Shown here in pieces: positions 1-7,685 of a DNA stretch of 63,722 nt. Under the pieces are notes generated by a model that searched no databases, had not been told where the DNA came from, and saw nothing but the letters and a program-made list of their open reading frames with translations. Numbering within the stretch: position 1 is the first letter of the stretch; the number at the start of each line of letters is the position of its first letter. Source of the DNA: an uncultured Candidatus Saccharibacteria bacterium (GTDB lineage Bacteria; Patescibacteriota; Minisyncoccia; Phycocordibacterales; PALSA-1337). The stretch is from the NCBI GenBank assembly GCA_964358005.1, contig CAYHNH010000005.1:1-63722 (forward strand). The letters are read 5' to 3'. Made by a program: the position numbers and the translations under genes.

Positions 1-48
1 CGTAACAAGGCACGGGTAGCGGAAGCTGCTCGTGGAATATTTCAAAGA
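1..48 (+). rRNA. 16S rRNA 3' terminus (partial: helix 45 plus tail)
   Basis: CGTAACAAGG matches the conserved 1492 region of SSU rRNA. Positions 11-34 form a helix-45-like hairpin, CACGGGTAGC-GGAA-GCTGCTCGTG, with two G-U pairs. The tail GGAAUAUUUCAAAG follows. Only ~48 nt are visible and the exact 3' end is unknown. Confidence 0.55.
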
Positions 49-258
49 ATCAACCGCTTTTCAGGCTTCGGCCTGTCTAGCTTATAGTCGATATGTCCTC
101 TCAAGGGACATGGGTGATCGCTCTACAATCATAAATGTGAGCGCTTAACCGGGAACGAATCCCGGTACCACATGGGAGATCTCAATTGAATCTCTCATGG
201 GCGAACGGAACAAAATAGAGTGCGCTAATAGGAAAGCCGAAGGGCTTGTCGCCAAAAG
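49..258 (+). ncRNA. Highly structured RNA segment downstream of the 16S end (3' trailer or unknown ncRNA)
   Basis: Consecutive hairpins: 63-76 (UUCG loop), 93-111, 149-165, 171-199 (10 bp), 235-246 (GAAG loop). Enclosing helix AGCGC 140-144 / GCGCT 222-226. No credible ORF; ends at an intrinsic terminator. Confidence 0.35.
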
Positions 259-281
259 ACCGCCGTAACTGGCGGTTTTTT
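259..281 (+). terminator. Rho-independent terminator
   Basis: ACCGCC-GTAACT-GGCGGT hairpin followed by a T run (76-81 of this line, i.e. 276-281). Confidence 0.7.
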
Positions 282-388
282 GCTGTATTGACAATGTGGT
301 ATATTTCATGATATCATTGATGACAGTCAGATTCCGATGCCATTGGCATCGTTTTCCTCCAGCTCTGTAACCCTCAAAGCTTCCAGCT

Positions 389-610
389 ATGAACTCTATG
401 TTCAGCGGTGAAGGATTGGTCGAGATCCCTCCACGGCCTAGGCCGGTCAAGCGGATGTCCCAGAAGGCGAGGCTCGTGTTGATCTTCGCCGTCTCGCTCG
501 CAGGTTCCTGGACGCTTCTTGGCGTTCCGAACTTCCTGGACTTCCTGATGGACCGCACGGTGTATCCCCAGTGGCCGTTCGACTACTGGTGGATGTGGAT
601 GATGAAGTGA
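389..610 (+). CDS. Small hydrophobic Trp-rich protein (start uncertain: 389 or 455)
   Basis: GC3-rich codon pattern like neighbouring genes. One predicted TM (LVLIFAVSLAGSWTLLGV). C-terminus PQWPFDYWWMWMMK. Followed by a hairpin at 626-652. No family recognised. Confidence 0.4.
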   Translation: MNSMFSGEGLVEIPPRPRPVKRMSQKARLVLIFAVSLAGSWTLLGVPNFLDFLMDRTVYPQWPFDYWWMWMMK

Positions 611-625
611 CCGATCCGTTCGACA

Positions 626-656
626 GGGCGCCGACTTAAAAAACCGGCGCCCTTTC
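626..656 (+). terminator. Terminator-like hairpin
   Basis: GGGCGCCG (626-633) / CGGCGCCC (645-652), then TTTCATGTTT. The T run is short. Confidence 0.45.
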
Positions 657-697
657 ATGTTTCCGGCAATTACCTTATAGTTGTAGCGTCCCTCTAT

Positions 698-779
698 GGG
701 CACGTGGCGGAATTGGTATACGCGTACGGCTCAGAACCGTATGTCGCAAGACTTGGGAGTTCGAGTCTCCCCGTGCCCA
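698..779 (+). tRNA. tRNA-Leu (anticodon CAG)
   Basis: Manual cloverleaf: acceptor GGGCACG/CGTGCCC, anticodon stem TACGG/CCGTA with loop CTCAGAA, long variable arm GTC-GCAA-GAC, T arm GGGAG-TTCGAGT-CTCCC, discriminator A. Closely parallels E. coli tRNA-Leu(CAG). CCA not encoded. Confidence 0.9.
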
Positions 780-784
780 CCGCG

Positions 785-1507
785 ATGAAAAAATTAGAGA
801 CAGTCACTTTGCTTGGAATAGATTGCGTCGACATAGACCGCCTCATCCTGGCGGCCGATATATGCATGGAGCAGTTCGAGTTCGCCGAGGTCAAGCTGCT
901 GACCTCTCTGCCTTCCGAGGACAAGCGCGTCGTGCCGATCGAGCCGATAAGCTCCATAGAGGCTTATTCGAAGTTCTGTATCGCGGATCTCAATAAGTAC
1001 GTGGACACTCCGCATGTCCTGCTTTTTCAGTATGATGGCTTCATATTGAACCCTGCGGCTTGGTCACGCGGATTCCTGGACTATGACTACATAGGCGCGC
1101 CATGGATCTTCTCGGACTGGTCGGTGAAGAAGTTCGATATGCCGACCGAATGCCTGGGGAAGAAGGTCGTGGGTAACGGTGGATTCTCGCTTCGGAGCAA
1201 GAAGTTGTTGTCGCTTTGCGAGAAGCTCGATGGGGAGGGGGCTTTCGAGAGCTATCACCCAGAGGATATGATCATCTGCTACTGGAAAAGGGAGCTGCTC
1301 GAAAGGGCAGGGATGAAGTTCCCGTCCTTCGAGGTGGCCCGCCAGTTCAGCTATGAGGGCAAGGATGGCATAGATAACAAGTGGAATGGGCAGTTCGGTT
1401 TCCACGGCTTCCGATGGACCGATGTGAGCAACTGGACAAAGGATCATCTGGAGTATGTGGTCAGCATGAAAGAGGGGACTTTGCGGAAGCTGCCGGCGCC
1501 GCTTTGA
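785..1507 (+). CDS. DUF5672-like protein (glycan-related, unknown function)
   Basis: The ORF in the track starts at 704, inside the tRNA, so the ATG at 785 (MKKLETVTLLGIDC) was chosen. The GNGGFSLRS motif and overall pattern resemble DUF5672 family members (from memory). Confidence 0.8.
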   Translation: MKKLETVTLLGIDCVDIDRLILAADICMEQFEFAEVKLLTSLPSEDKRVVPIEPISSIEAYSKFCIADLNKYVDTPHVLLFQYDGFILNPAAWSRGFLDYDYIGAPWIFSDWSVKKFDMPTECLGKKVVGNGGFSLRSKKLLSLCEKLDGEGAFESYHPEDMIICYWKRELLERAGMKFPSFEVARQFSYEGKDGIDNKWNGQFGFHGFRWTDVSNWTKDHLEYVVSMKEGTLRKLPAPL

Positions 1508-1569
1508 TTTTTAGCGGTTTTTTTGCTAGTTTTACCCATGCGCTCATATCTTCGCTTCGCTCGATATCC

Positions 1570-1642
1570 GCGCGCATAGCTCAGTTGGTAGAGCACACCA
1601 CTGATACTGGTGGGGTCCCAGGTTCGAATCCTGGTGCGCGCA
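1570..1642 (+). tRNA. tRNA-Ile (anticodon GAT)
   Basis: 73-nt cloverleaf: GCGCGCA/TGCGCGC acceptor, D arm GCTC-AGTTGGTA-GAGC, anticodon loop CTGATAC, T arm CCAGG-TTCGAAT-CCTGG. CCA not encoded. Confidence 0.92.
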
Positions 1643-1694
1643 CAGCAGAATATTTTGCTATTATTAAGGCGACTTAACATACATAAAAATCATC

Positions 1695-2243
1695 ATGACC
1701 CTCTACATCATCCTCGGTATCGTAGTCCTCGTCCTCATCTGGCTCGCGGCTTCGTACAACGGCTTCGTTCGTCTCATAAACATGGCCAAGGAGGCTTGGT
1801 CGGACATAGATGTGCAGTTGAAGAGGCGATATGACCTCATACCGAACCTCGTGAATACCGTGAAGGGCTATGCTACGCATGAGTCGTCGGCTTTCGAGAA
1901 TGTCACTCGAGCTCGCGCCGCGGCTATGGGCGCCCAGTCCATCGAGGAGAAGGGCAAGGCCGAGAACATGCTCTCGGGCGCGCTCAAGTCCATATTCGCT
2001 CTGGCCGAGGCATATCCGGAATTGAAGGCTAATCAAAACTTCCTGTCGCTCCAGTCCGAGCTCGCCGGCACCGAGGACAAGATCCAGGCCTCGCGCCGCT
2101 TCTATAACGGCAATGTCCGCGACCTCAACACTAAGGTCGAATCTTTCCCCTCCAATATCGTCGCCCGGATGTTCAATTTCGCCAAGAAGGAATTCTTCGT
2201 TGCCGATGAGGCCGAGAAGAAGGCTGTAGAGGTGAAGTTCTAG
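1695..2243 (+). CDS. lemA: LemA family membrane protein
   Basis: N-terminal TM followed by YNGFVRL...[20 protein letters not shown], the typical LemA signature. Confidence 0.9.
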   Translation: MTLYIILGIVVLVLIWLAASYNGFVRLINMAKEAWSDIDVQLKRRYDLIPNLVNTVKGYATHESSAFENVTRARAAAMGAQSIEEKGKAENMLSGALKSIFALAEAYPELKANQNFLSLQSELAGTEDKIQASRRFYNGNVRDLNTKVESFPSNIVARMFNFAKKEFFVADEAEKKAVEVKF

Positions 2244-2245
2244 GC

Positions 2246-4048
2246 ATGAATAAAAGGCTGGCCATACTCGCGGCCCTGTTCGTCCTCGCGCCTTTTGGCG
2301 TGCAGGCGCAGTCAGGCGAGATCATAAGGTCATTCAGCTCGGACGTCATAGTAAAAAGCGATGCCTCTATAGATGTGAACGAGACCATCGTCTATGATTT
2401 TGGTACAGCCTCTAGGCACGGCATATATAGGGACATACCCATAGACTATAAGACTAGTTCCGGCAAAAGATTGCGCCTCGACCTCGCTCAAATAACTGTC
2501 CAGGATGAGGAAGCTCGGGCATACATGTTCAGCACATCTCTAAGCGGCGGCGTGAGGAGAATAAAGATCGGTGATCCTGAGACTGATGTCACTGGCGTTC
2601 ATACTTACATAATACGTTACGGCGTCTCTCGCGCGGTCGGCTTTTTCGATGATCACGACGAGATATATTGGAATGCGACTGGCAATGAATGGCAAGTGCC
2701 GATACTCAAAGCCGAAGCCCGTGTCACCGTGCCTTATTCAGCGCCTACGGCTGAAGATTTCGAAAAGAACGTAAGCATAGCCTGCTACGCCGGTACCCGT
2801 GGCTCGACTCAAGCTTGTAGTTCCATCCAGCTCACTGGTCTAGACCGTGTGGGAGTTTATTTCAGCCATGAGGGCTTGAAGGCGAATGAGGGTCTGACCG
2901 TCGCGGTCGGTTTCCCGAAGGGTAACGTCGTGCCGCCAACTGCTTCGGACGTCGCTGCGGGCTCATTCAGGGACGTCATCTCCTCCGGCTGGTGGCTCTT
3001 CATCCTGCCGGTCATAGTGTTCATCTGGAGGTTCAGAAAATGGAGGAGGGAAGGCCGTGACCCGAAAGGGACGGGTGTCATCGTCGCACAGTATGAAGCT
3101 CCGGATGGCCTGACTCCTATGCAGACGAGGTTCGTGCTGTCGCAGGATTTCGGGAGCTCGCTCTCGGCAGACATAGTCCACTTGGCTACGAAGGGCTATT
3201 TGAAGATAGCCAAGATAAAGACTGAGGGCATTCTGGGGTTTGGCGGCGACGAGGATTATAGGCTGACCGCGCTCAAGAACGACGGGAATCTTCCGGAACA
3301 CCAGCAGGCGCTTTTTGACTACCTGTTCGCGACCGGAGCTGGCGGTTACGTGGACCTTATGGATTTGAAGAACAAGTTCTATACGAAGGCTGCGCTGGTC
3401 CAGGAGAAAGCCGTCGAGAGCCTAGTGGTCCAGGAATATTTCCCGAAGCCGTCAAAGGGTCCTCTAACCACAGGACTTATAAGTGGCAAGCTCACGTCGC
3501 GCAAGGCCGCGGCCGTGACTGGGGGCATCGTTGTGGCAATCTTTGGTTCGATATGGGGCACCCCGTGGGTCATGGCCGTGTCAGGTCAGGAATCAGGCCT
3601 GAGTTTTGTCATCGCCTGGATCTTGTCTGTAGCCATCTGGAGCATATTCTCGATCATCATGCCGCGCCTCACAGAGAAGGGCGTAGCCGCAAAAGAGCAT
3701 ATACAAGGTTTCAAGCTATATCTGTCTGTAGCCGAGAAGGATCGCATCAATTTCCATAATGCGCCGGCCAGGGATCCCCAGACTTTCGAGAAGTTCTTGC
3801 CATACGCTATGGCTCTGGGAGTTGAGAAGGAGTGGGGCAAGGTCTTCCAGGGTATAGATATACAACCCTCATGGTACAGCGACCCTTCGATGGGAAGCTT
3901 CCATGCTGCGGTGTTCGCAATGAACATGTCGAGCTTCGCCGCGGCTAGCGCTTCGGACCTTTCGTCTGCTCCCGGTTCGCATAGCGGCTCAGGTGGAGGT
4001 GGATTCTCAGGCGGTGGGGGAGGTGGGGGGGGTGGAGGAAGTTGGTGA
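2246..4048 (+). CDS. DUF2207-like membrane protein with C-terminal poly-Gly tail
   Basis: Signal peptide, extracytoplasmic N-domain, several TMs, C-terminal [20 protein letters not shown]. It sits immediately after lemA, the usual LemA-DUF2207 pairing. Confidence 0.85.
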   Translation: MNKRLAILAALFVLAPFGVQAQSGEIIRSFSSDVIVKSDASIDVNETIVYDFGTASRHGIYRDIPIDYKTSSGKRLRLDLAQITVQDEEARAYMFSTSLSGGVRRIKIGDPETDVTGVHTYIIRYGVSRAVGFFDDHDEIYWNATGNEWQVPILKAEARVTVPYSAPTAEDFEKNVSIACYAGTRGSTQACSSIQLTGLDRVGVYFSHEGLKANEGLTVAVGFPKGNVVPPTASDVAAGSFRDVISSGWWLFILPVIVFIWRFRKWRREGRDPKGTGVIVAQYEAPDGLTPMQTRFVLSQDFGSSLSADIVHLATKGYLKIAKIKTEGILGFGGDEDYRLTALKNDGNLPEHQQALFDYLFATGAGGYVDLMDLKNKFYTKAALVQEKAVESLVVQEYFPKPSKGPLTTGLISGKLTSRKAAAVTGGIVVAIFGSIWGTPWVMAVSGQESGLSFVIAWILSVAIWSIFSIIMPRLTEKGVAAKEHIQGFKLYLSVAEKDRINFHNAPARDPQTFEKFLPYAMALGVEKEWGKVFQGIDIQPSWYSDPSMGSFHAAVFAMNMSSFAAASASDLSSAPGSHSGSGGGGFSGGGGGGGGGGSW

Positions 4049-4068
4049 AAAATGCTACAATCTCGGCC

Positions 4069-5025
4069 ATGAATAACAAAACTACACCGAAGGATTTTTT
4101 CCTTCATCTGGGCGCCACTATCGCGCTCTACGCCGCCGCAGTCGCTCTTATAAACCTCTCCTTTAGCGTCATAAACTATCTGCGCCCGGATGCTTTGGCA
4201 TCATATTTCTATGCGGGCTCGATCGCCTGGCCGATCTCGATGCTCATTGTGCTTATCCCGACCCTCTACATCCTGGAATTGCTGCTCGTACGCGATATCA
4301 GACGCACGCCTGAGAAGAAAGATCTCTGGATACGCAGGTGGCGCATATATCTCACTTTGTTCCTCTCCGGGGCTACTATCATCGGCGATGTCATAGTCCT
4401 CATAAATACGTACCTATCTGGTGAGATAAGCTCGAGGTTCGTCTACAAGGTCCTGGCGCTCCTCGTGGTCTGCGGCCTGATATTCGCTTACTATCTCCTG
4501 GCTCGCATGATAACGGAGGAAAAGGGCCGCGCCGCTAGGAAGACTGTCGCTGCTATCGGGCTCATCGCCGTCATCGCGGCTATCGTCGGAGGGTTCGTCA
4601 TCGTTGGCTCGCCAGGTAAGCAGCGCGCTCTGCGCTTCGACAACCAGCGCACGAGCGACCTTCAAAATGTGCAATGGCAGGTCATCAACTATTGGCAGCG
4701 CAAAGAGGCTATGCCCGCCAATCTCGCCGATACCTCGGACTCCATATCCGGCTATGTCATCCCGAACGACCCGGAGACTGGCCAGCCCTATGAATACTCC
4801 GTCACCGGCAGGACTTCCTTCGAGCTCTGTGCGACCTTCGCTCTGCCTTCGCAGGACACCAGGGGCCGCGGCGCTTACTATGGCGGAGGCATGGGAGGAG
4901 ACTACGCTTCCGATGTGCCATACCCAGGCCCTTCGCAGGACATTTGGAAGCATGGGGTGGGCCGCACTTGCTTTAAGAAGACGATTGACCCAGACCAGTT
5001 CCCACCTACCCCCAAGAGATATTAA
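4069..5025 (+). CDS. DUF5671-like polytopic membrane protein
   Basis: MNNKTTPKDFFLHLGATIALY plus 4-5 TMs resembles the DUF5671 N-terminus. ATG 4069 is preferred over the TTG at 4042. Confidence 0.7.
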   Translation: MNNKTTPKDFFLHLGATIALYAAAVALINLSFSVINYLRPDALASYFYAGSIAWPISMLIVLIPTLYILELLLVRDIRRTPEKKDLWIRRWRIYLTLFLSGATIIGDVIVLINTYLSGEISSRFVYKVLALLVVCGLIFAYYLLARMITEEKGRAARKTVAAIGLIAVIAAIVGGFVIVGSPGKQRALRFDNQRTSDLQNVQWQVINYWQRKEAMPANLADTSDSISGYVIPNDPETGQPYEYSVTGRTSFELCATFALPSQDTRGRGAYYGGGMGGDYASDVPYPGPSQDIWKHGVGRTCFKKTIDPDQFPPTPKRY

Positions 5026-5043
5026 GAGCAACGATAAAATAAA

Positions 5044-6459
5044 ATGAACCTCGGAAAAAAGACCAAGATAGTCTGTACGATAGGGCCGGTGACCAGTAGC
5101 GAAGCCAAGCTCACGGAGCTCGTGCACGCCGGCATGAATGTCATGCGCCTAAATTTTTCGCACGGCGACTTCGCCGAGCACCAGGAGCGCGTGGATAATC
5201 TCCGTGCAGTCATGAAGAAGACCGGCAAGGTGGTGGCTATAATGCAGGACCTTTGCGGACCGAAGATACGCGTCGGTGAATTCAGGGAAGGGAAGATCGT
5301 GCTCAAGGAGGGTCAGACTTTTACCCTTACGACAGACGAGATCATCGGCAACGAAGAGCGAGTTCACATCAATTATCCGCTGTTACCTAGGGAGGTAAAG
5401 GCCGGTGGTTTCATCATGATAGATGATGGCTCGAAGAAGCTCCAGATCACGGAGATAAAGGGCAATGACATCATCACCAAAGTCATCGTCGGCGGTGACC
5501 TCAAGAACAAGCGGGGCGTCAACCTTCCTGGTGCCAATCTGTCCCTTTCTGCGCTTACGGACAAAGATAAGGCTGACCTAGCCTTCGGTTTCAAGAATCA
5601 GGTGGATTTCGTGGCCATTTCATTCGTGCGCCGCGTCTCTGACGTGCTCGAACTGCGGGAGATAATGGACAAGGCCGGATCTAAGGCTCAGATCATCGCC
5701 AAGATAGAGACTCCCGAGGCAGTGGATAATATAGACGCCATCCTAAGCGCAGTCGACGGCCTGATGGTCGCCCGCGGCGATCTGGCCACCGAGATACCTG
5801 CCGAGGAGGTTCCCATGGTCCAGAAATCCCTCATTTGGAAGTGCAACGTGGTCGGCAAGCCGGTCATCACGGCCACGCAGATGCTCCAGTCCATGATCAA
5901 TGTGGCCACCCCGACCCGCGCGGAGGTCTCGGACATAGCCAACGCCATCATAGACGGCACGGACGCGGTCATGCTCTCGGAGGAGACCACTCTCGGAAAA
6001 TATCCGGTGGAGGCGGTCAAGATGATGGCTCGCATCGCGGCTCGCATCGAAGGGGAGATATATACCAGGGATACTATCGCGGAATATTCGGAGTCGCATG
6101 GAGTCACCGACGTAGTCTCGCAGTCCGCTGTGCGCGCCTCTCACAGCATCGGCGCCAAGCTCATAGTCGCCCTCACGAGGAGCGGTTCTACTGCTAGGAT
6201 GATAGCCCGTTACAGGCCGGCTGAGCGCATACTCGCTCTCTCAGACAAGCCGGAGAATGCCCACAAGCTGGCTTTGTCATTCGGTTGCTATCCGATGGTC
6301 GTGCCGACCTTGAAGACTGTGGCTGAAATCATGGATACGGTCAGGAAGATAACCTTCGACAACGAGCTTGTGAAGAAAGGCGACAAGGTCGTCATCGTCG
6401 CCGGCATGCCGTTCGGCGAATCCTCGGAGACGAATTTCATATTAGTGGAGACGTTGTAG
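5044..6459 (+). CDS. pyk: Pyruvate kinase
   Basis: TKIVCTIGP, MNVMRLNFSHG, MVARGDL and other canonical PK motifs; 471 aa. Confidence 0.95.
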   Translation: MNLGKKTKIVCTIGPVTSSEAKLTELVHAGMNVMRLNFSHGDFAEHQERVDNLRAVMKKTGKVVAIMQDLCGPKIRVGEFREGKIVLKEGQTFTLTTDEIIGNEERVHINYPLLPREVKAGGFIMIDDGSKKLQITEIKGNDIITKVIVGGDLKNKRGVNLPGANLSLSALTDKDKADLAFGFKNQVDFVAISFVRRVSDVLELREIMDKAGSKAQIIAKIETPEAVDNIDAILSAVDGLMVARGDLATEIPAEEVPMVQKSLIWKCNVVGKPVITATQMLQSMINVATPTRAEVSDIANAIIDGTDAVMLSEETTLGKYPVEAVKMMARIAARIEGEIYTRDTIAEYSESHGVTDVVSQSAVRASHSIGAKLIVALTRSGSTARMIARYRPAERILALSDKPENAHKLALSFGCYPMVVPTLKTVAEIMDTVRKITFDNELVKKGDKVVIVAGMPFGESSETNFILVETL

Positions 6460-6463
6460 GAGG

Positions 6464-6573
6464 CAAGAAGAGCAGACCGGGATGAGGAGACATTGCGAGC
6501 GCGACTGGCGCGAGCACTAGGAATTTCGCAGCAGCGAAATATCCGTGTCTCCGAATCCGGTTTGCTCTTCTTG
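6464..6573 (+). repeat. 110-nt inverted-repeat structured element
   Basis: 17-nt arms CAAGAAGAGCAGACCGG (6464-6480) / CCGGTTTGCTCTTCTTG (6557-6573), complementary with one G-U. Inner hairpin GGAATTTCGC-AGCA-GCGAAATATCC. Confidence 0.6.
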
Positions 6574-6596
6574 ACTTATTGATTCGGTGATATAAT
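6571..6596 (+). promoter_or_regulatory. Promoter of radC (extended -10)
   Basis: TTGACT (6571-6576), then TGaTATAAT with TATAAT at 6591-6596. The ATG at 6603 lies 6 nt after the -10. The 14-nt spacer is short, so the extended -10 is probably the key element. Confidence 0.55.
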
Positions 6597-6602
6597 CCCC
6601 GC

Positions 6603-7340
6603 ATGCAGAAGAGCATGTACGTCATTCGTGACCATTCGCTGATTCTCGACCGTTCATCGGCTCGTGAGTATGTTTACACGATCCATGATCTGCCACCGGA
6701 CGAGAAGCCCCGCGAGAAGCTCCTGGCCAAAGGCCCGGAGGCTTTATCCGTGCGCGAGCTGACGACTCTGCTGCTTGTGACCGGCACGACCAAGGAGAGC
6801 GTGCTCGAGATGACCGATCGCATCGTCCGCGATTATGGCGAGAAGAACATTTTCGCCGAGCGGGATGCCGCTAAGCTCTCGCGCGACCTGGATATTCCCA
6901 TAGTGAAGGCCTGCCAGATAGTCGCTGCTGGGGAGCTAGGGAAAAGGCACTATGACAAGACCGAGACTGGCTTTACGACCATACGCAATGCCAAGGACGT
7001 CTTCGACTATCTCTCTGACATGCGCAATCTGCCCAAGGAGCACATGAGAGGCCTGTATCTGAACAGCCACGGCCGCATCATTAGGGATGAGGTCATATCC
7101 ATCGGCACTATAAACGCCAATATCATACATCCGCGAGAGGTGTTCCATCCGGCCATAGCGTCCAATGCGGCCGCAGTCGTCATCGCTCACAACCATCCTT
7201 CCGGCGAAGCCACGCCTTCAGCCGAGGATATCGAGATCACTAAACAGCTTGCCGCGGCGGGGAAGATCCTCGGCATCGCTTTGCTTGACCACGTCATCAT
7301 CACCAAAGACGCTTATACGAGCGTGAACGCCAGTTATTAG
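6603..7340 (+). CDS. radC: RadC-like JAB domain protein
   Basis: C-terminal HNHPSGEATPSAEDIEITK (JAMM motif) and helix-hairpin-helix-like N-domain. Confidence 0.9.
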   Translation: MQKSMYVIRDHSLILDRSSAREYVYTIHDLPPDEKPREKLLAKGPEALSVRELTTLLLVTGTTKESVLEMTDRIVRDYGEKNIFAERDAAKLSRDLDIPIVKACQIVAAGELGKRHYDKTETGFTTIRNAKDVFDYLSDMRNLPKEHMRGLYLNSHGRIIRDEVISIGTINANIIHPREVFHPAIASNAAAVVIAHNHPSGEATPSAEDIEITKQLAAAGKILGIALLDHVIITKDAYTSVNASY

Positions 7341-7655
7341 ATGAATAAAGATTATGCTTTCGTCTCCCCCTCTCTCGAGGGTGTTTTGAGCCATGATTCG
7401 TTGCTTTATGAGGGCATCCGCAGGCCGACCGATATTCTCCGCGCCCTAGATGGGCCGGCAGCCGGCGGCAAGAAGCGCAAGGATCCGCATCGTGACAAGC
7501 TATTGGAACAGTATTTCTACGACCTTTATGGGGTATTCATGAAGAAGCTCTCGGCCTTCGTCCTCGAGCCCTCGGCAACCTCGAGCGAAACGGTGAGGTT
7601 GCAGGCCATGCTCCAGGAGATGATAAAGATAAAGGCCCTTATGTCCAAATCTTGA
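7341..7655 (+). CDS. Hypothetical protein
   Basis: ATG directly abuts the radC stop. Coding-like codon usage; no family recognised. Confidence 0.5.
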   Translation: MNKDYAFVSPSLEGVLSHDSLLYEGIRRPTDILRALDGPAAGGKKRKDPHRDKLLEQYFYDLYGVFMKKLSAFVLEPSATSSETVRLQAMLQEMIKIKALMSKS

Positions 7656-7679
7656 ATAACCCCGCAGAAAACGTATACT
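7652..7679 (+). promoter_or_regulatory. Promoter of murD-like gene
   Basis: TTGAAT (7652-7657), 16-nt spacer, TATACT (7674-7679). The ATG at 7686 lies 6 nt downstream. Confidence 0.5.
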
Positions 7680-7685
7680 GTGCCC

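Noticed and set aside
145-703. Minus-strand ORFs 145..558 (137 aa) and 374..703 (109 aa)
   Set aside because: They run antisense through the structured RNA, two terminator hairpins and up to the tRNA-Leu. The composition looks like a shadow frame and no family motifs are present.
704-784. Upstream extension of the DUF5672-like ORF (track start at 704)
   Set aside because: The extension lies entirely inside tRNA-Leu (698-779). The ATG at 785 gives a typical family N-terminus.
3586-4107. Minus-strand 173-aa ORF containing a poly-Pro run
   Set aside because: It is the reverse complement of the poly-Gly tail of the DUF2207-like gene, a classic antisense shadow ORF.
4414-5127. Long antisense ORFs inside well-supported genes (e.g. 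4414..5127, 10473..11123, 19638..20144, 54196..54768, 63069..63629)
   Set aside because: Each lies opposite a gene with strong family motifs (DUF5671-like, Mpl, the ATPase, PseF/PIG-L, SecA). No motifs of their own; typical of GC3-rich shadow frames.
6458-6520. AGGAGG at 6458-6463 followed by ATG at 6482
   Set aside because: The spacing is 18 nt and the ORF is only 12 codons, lying inside the inverted-repeat element. It is most likely a chance SD-like hexamer.
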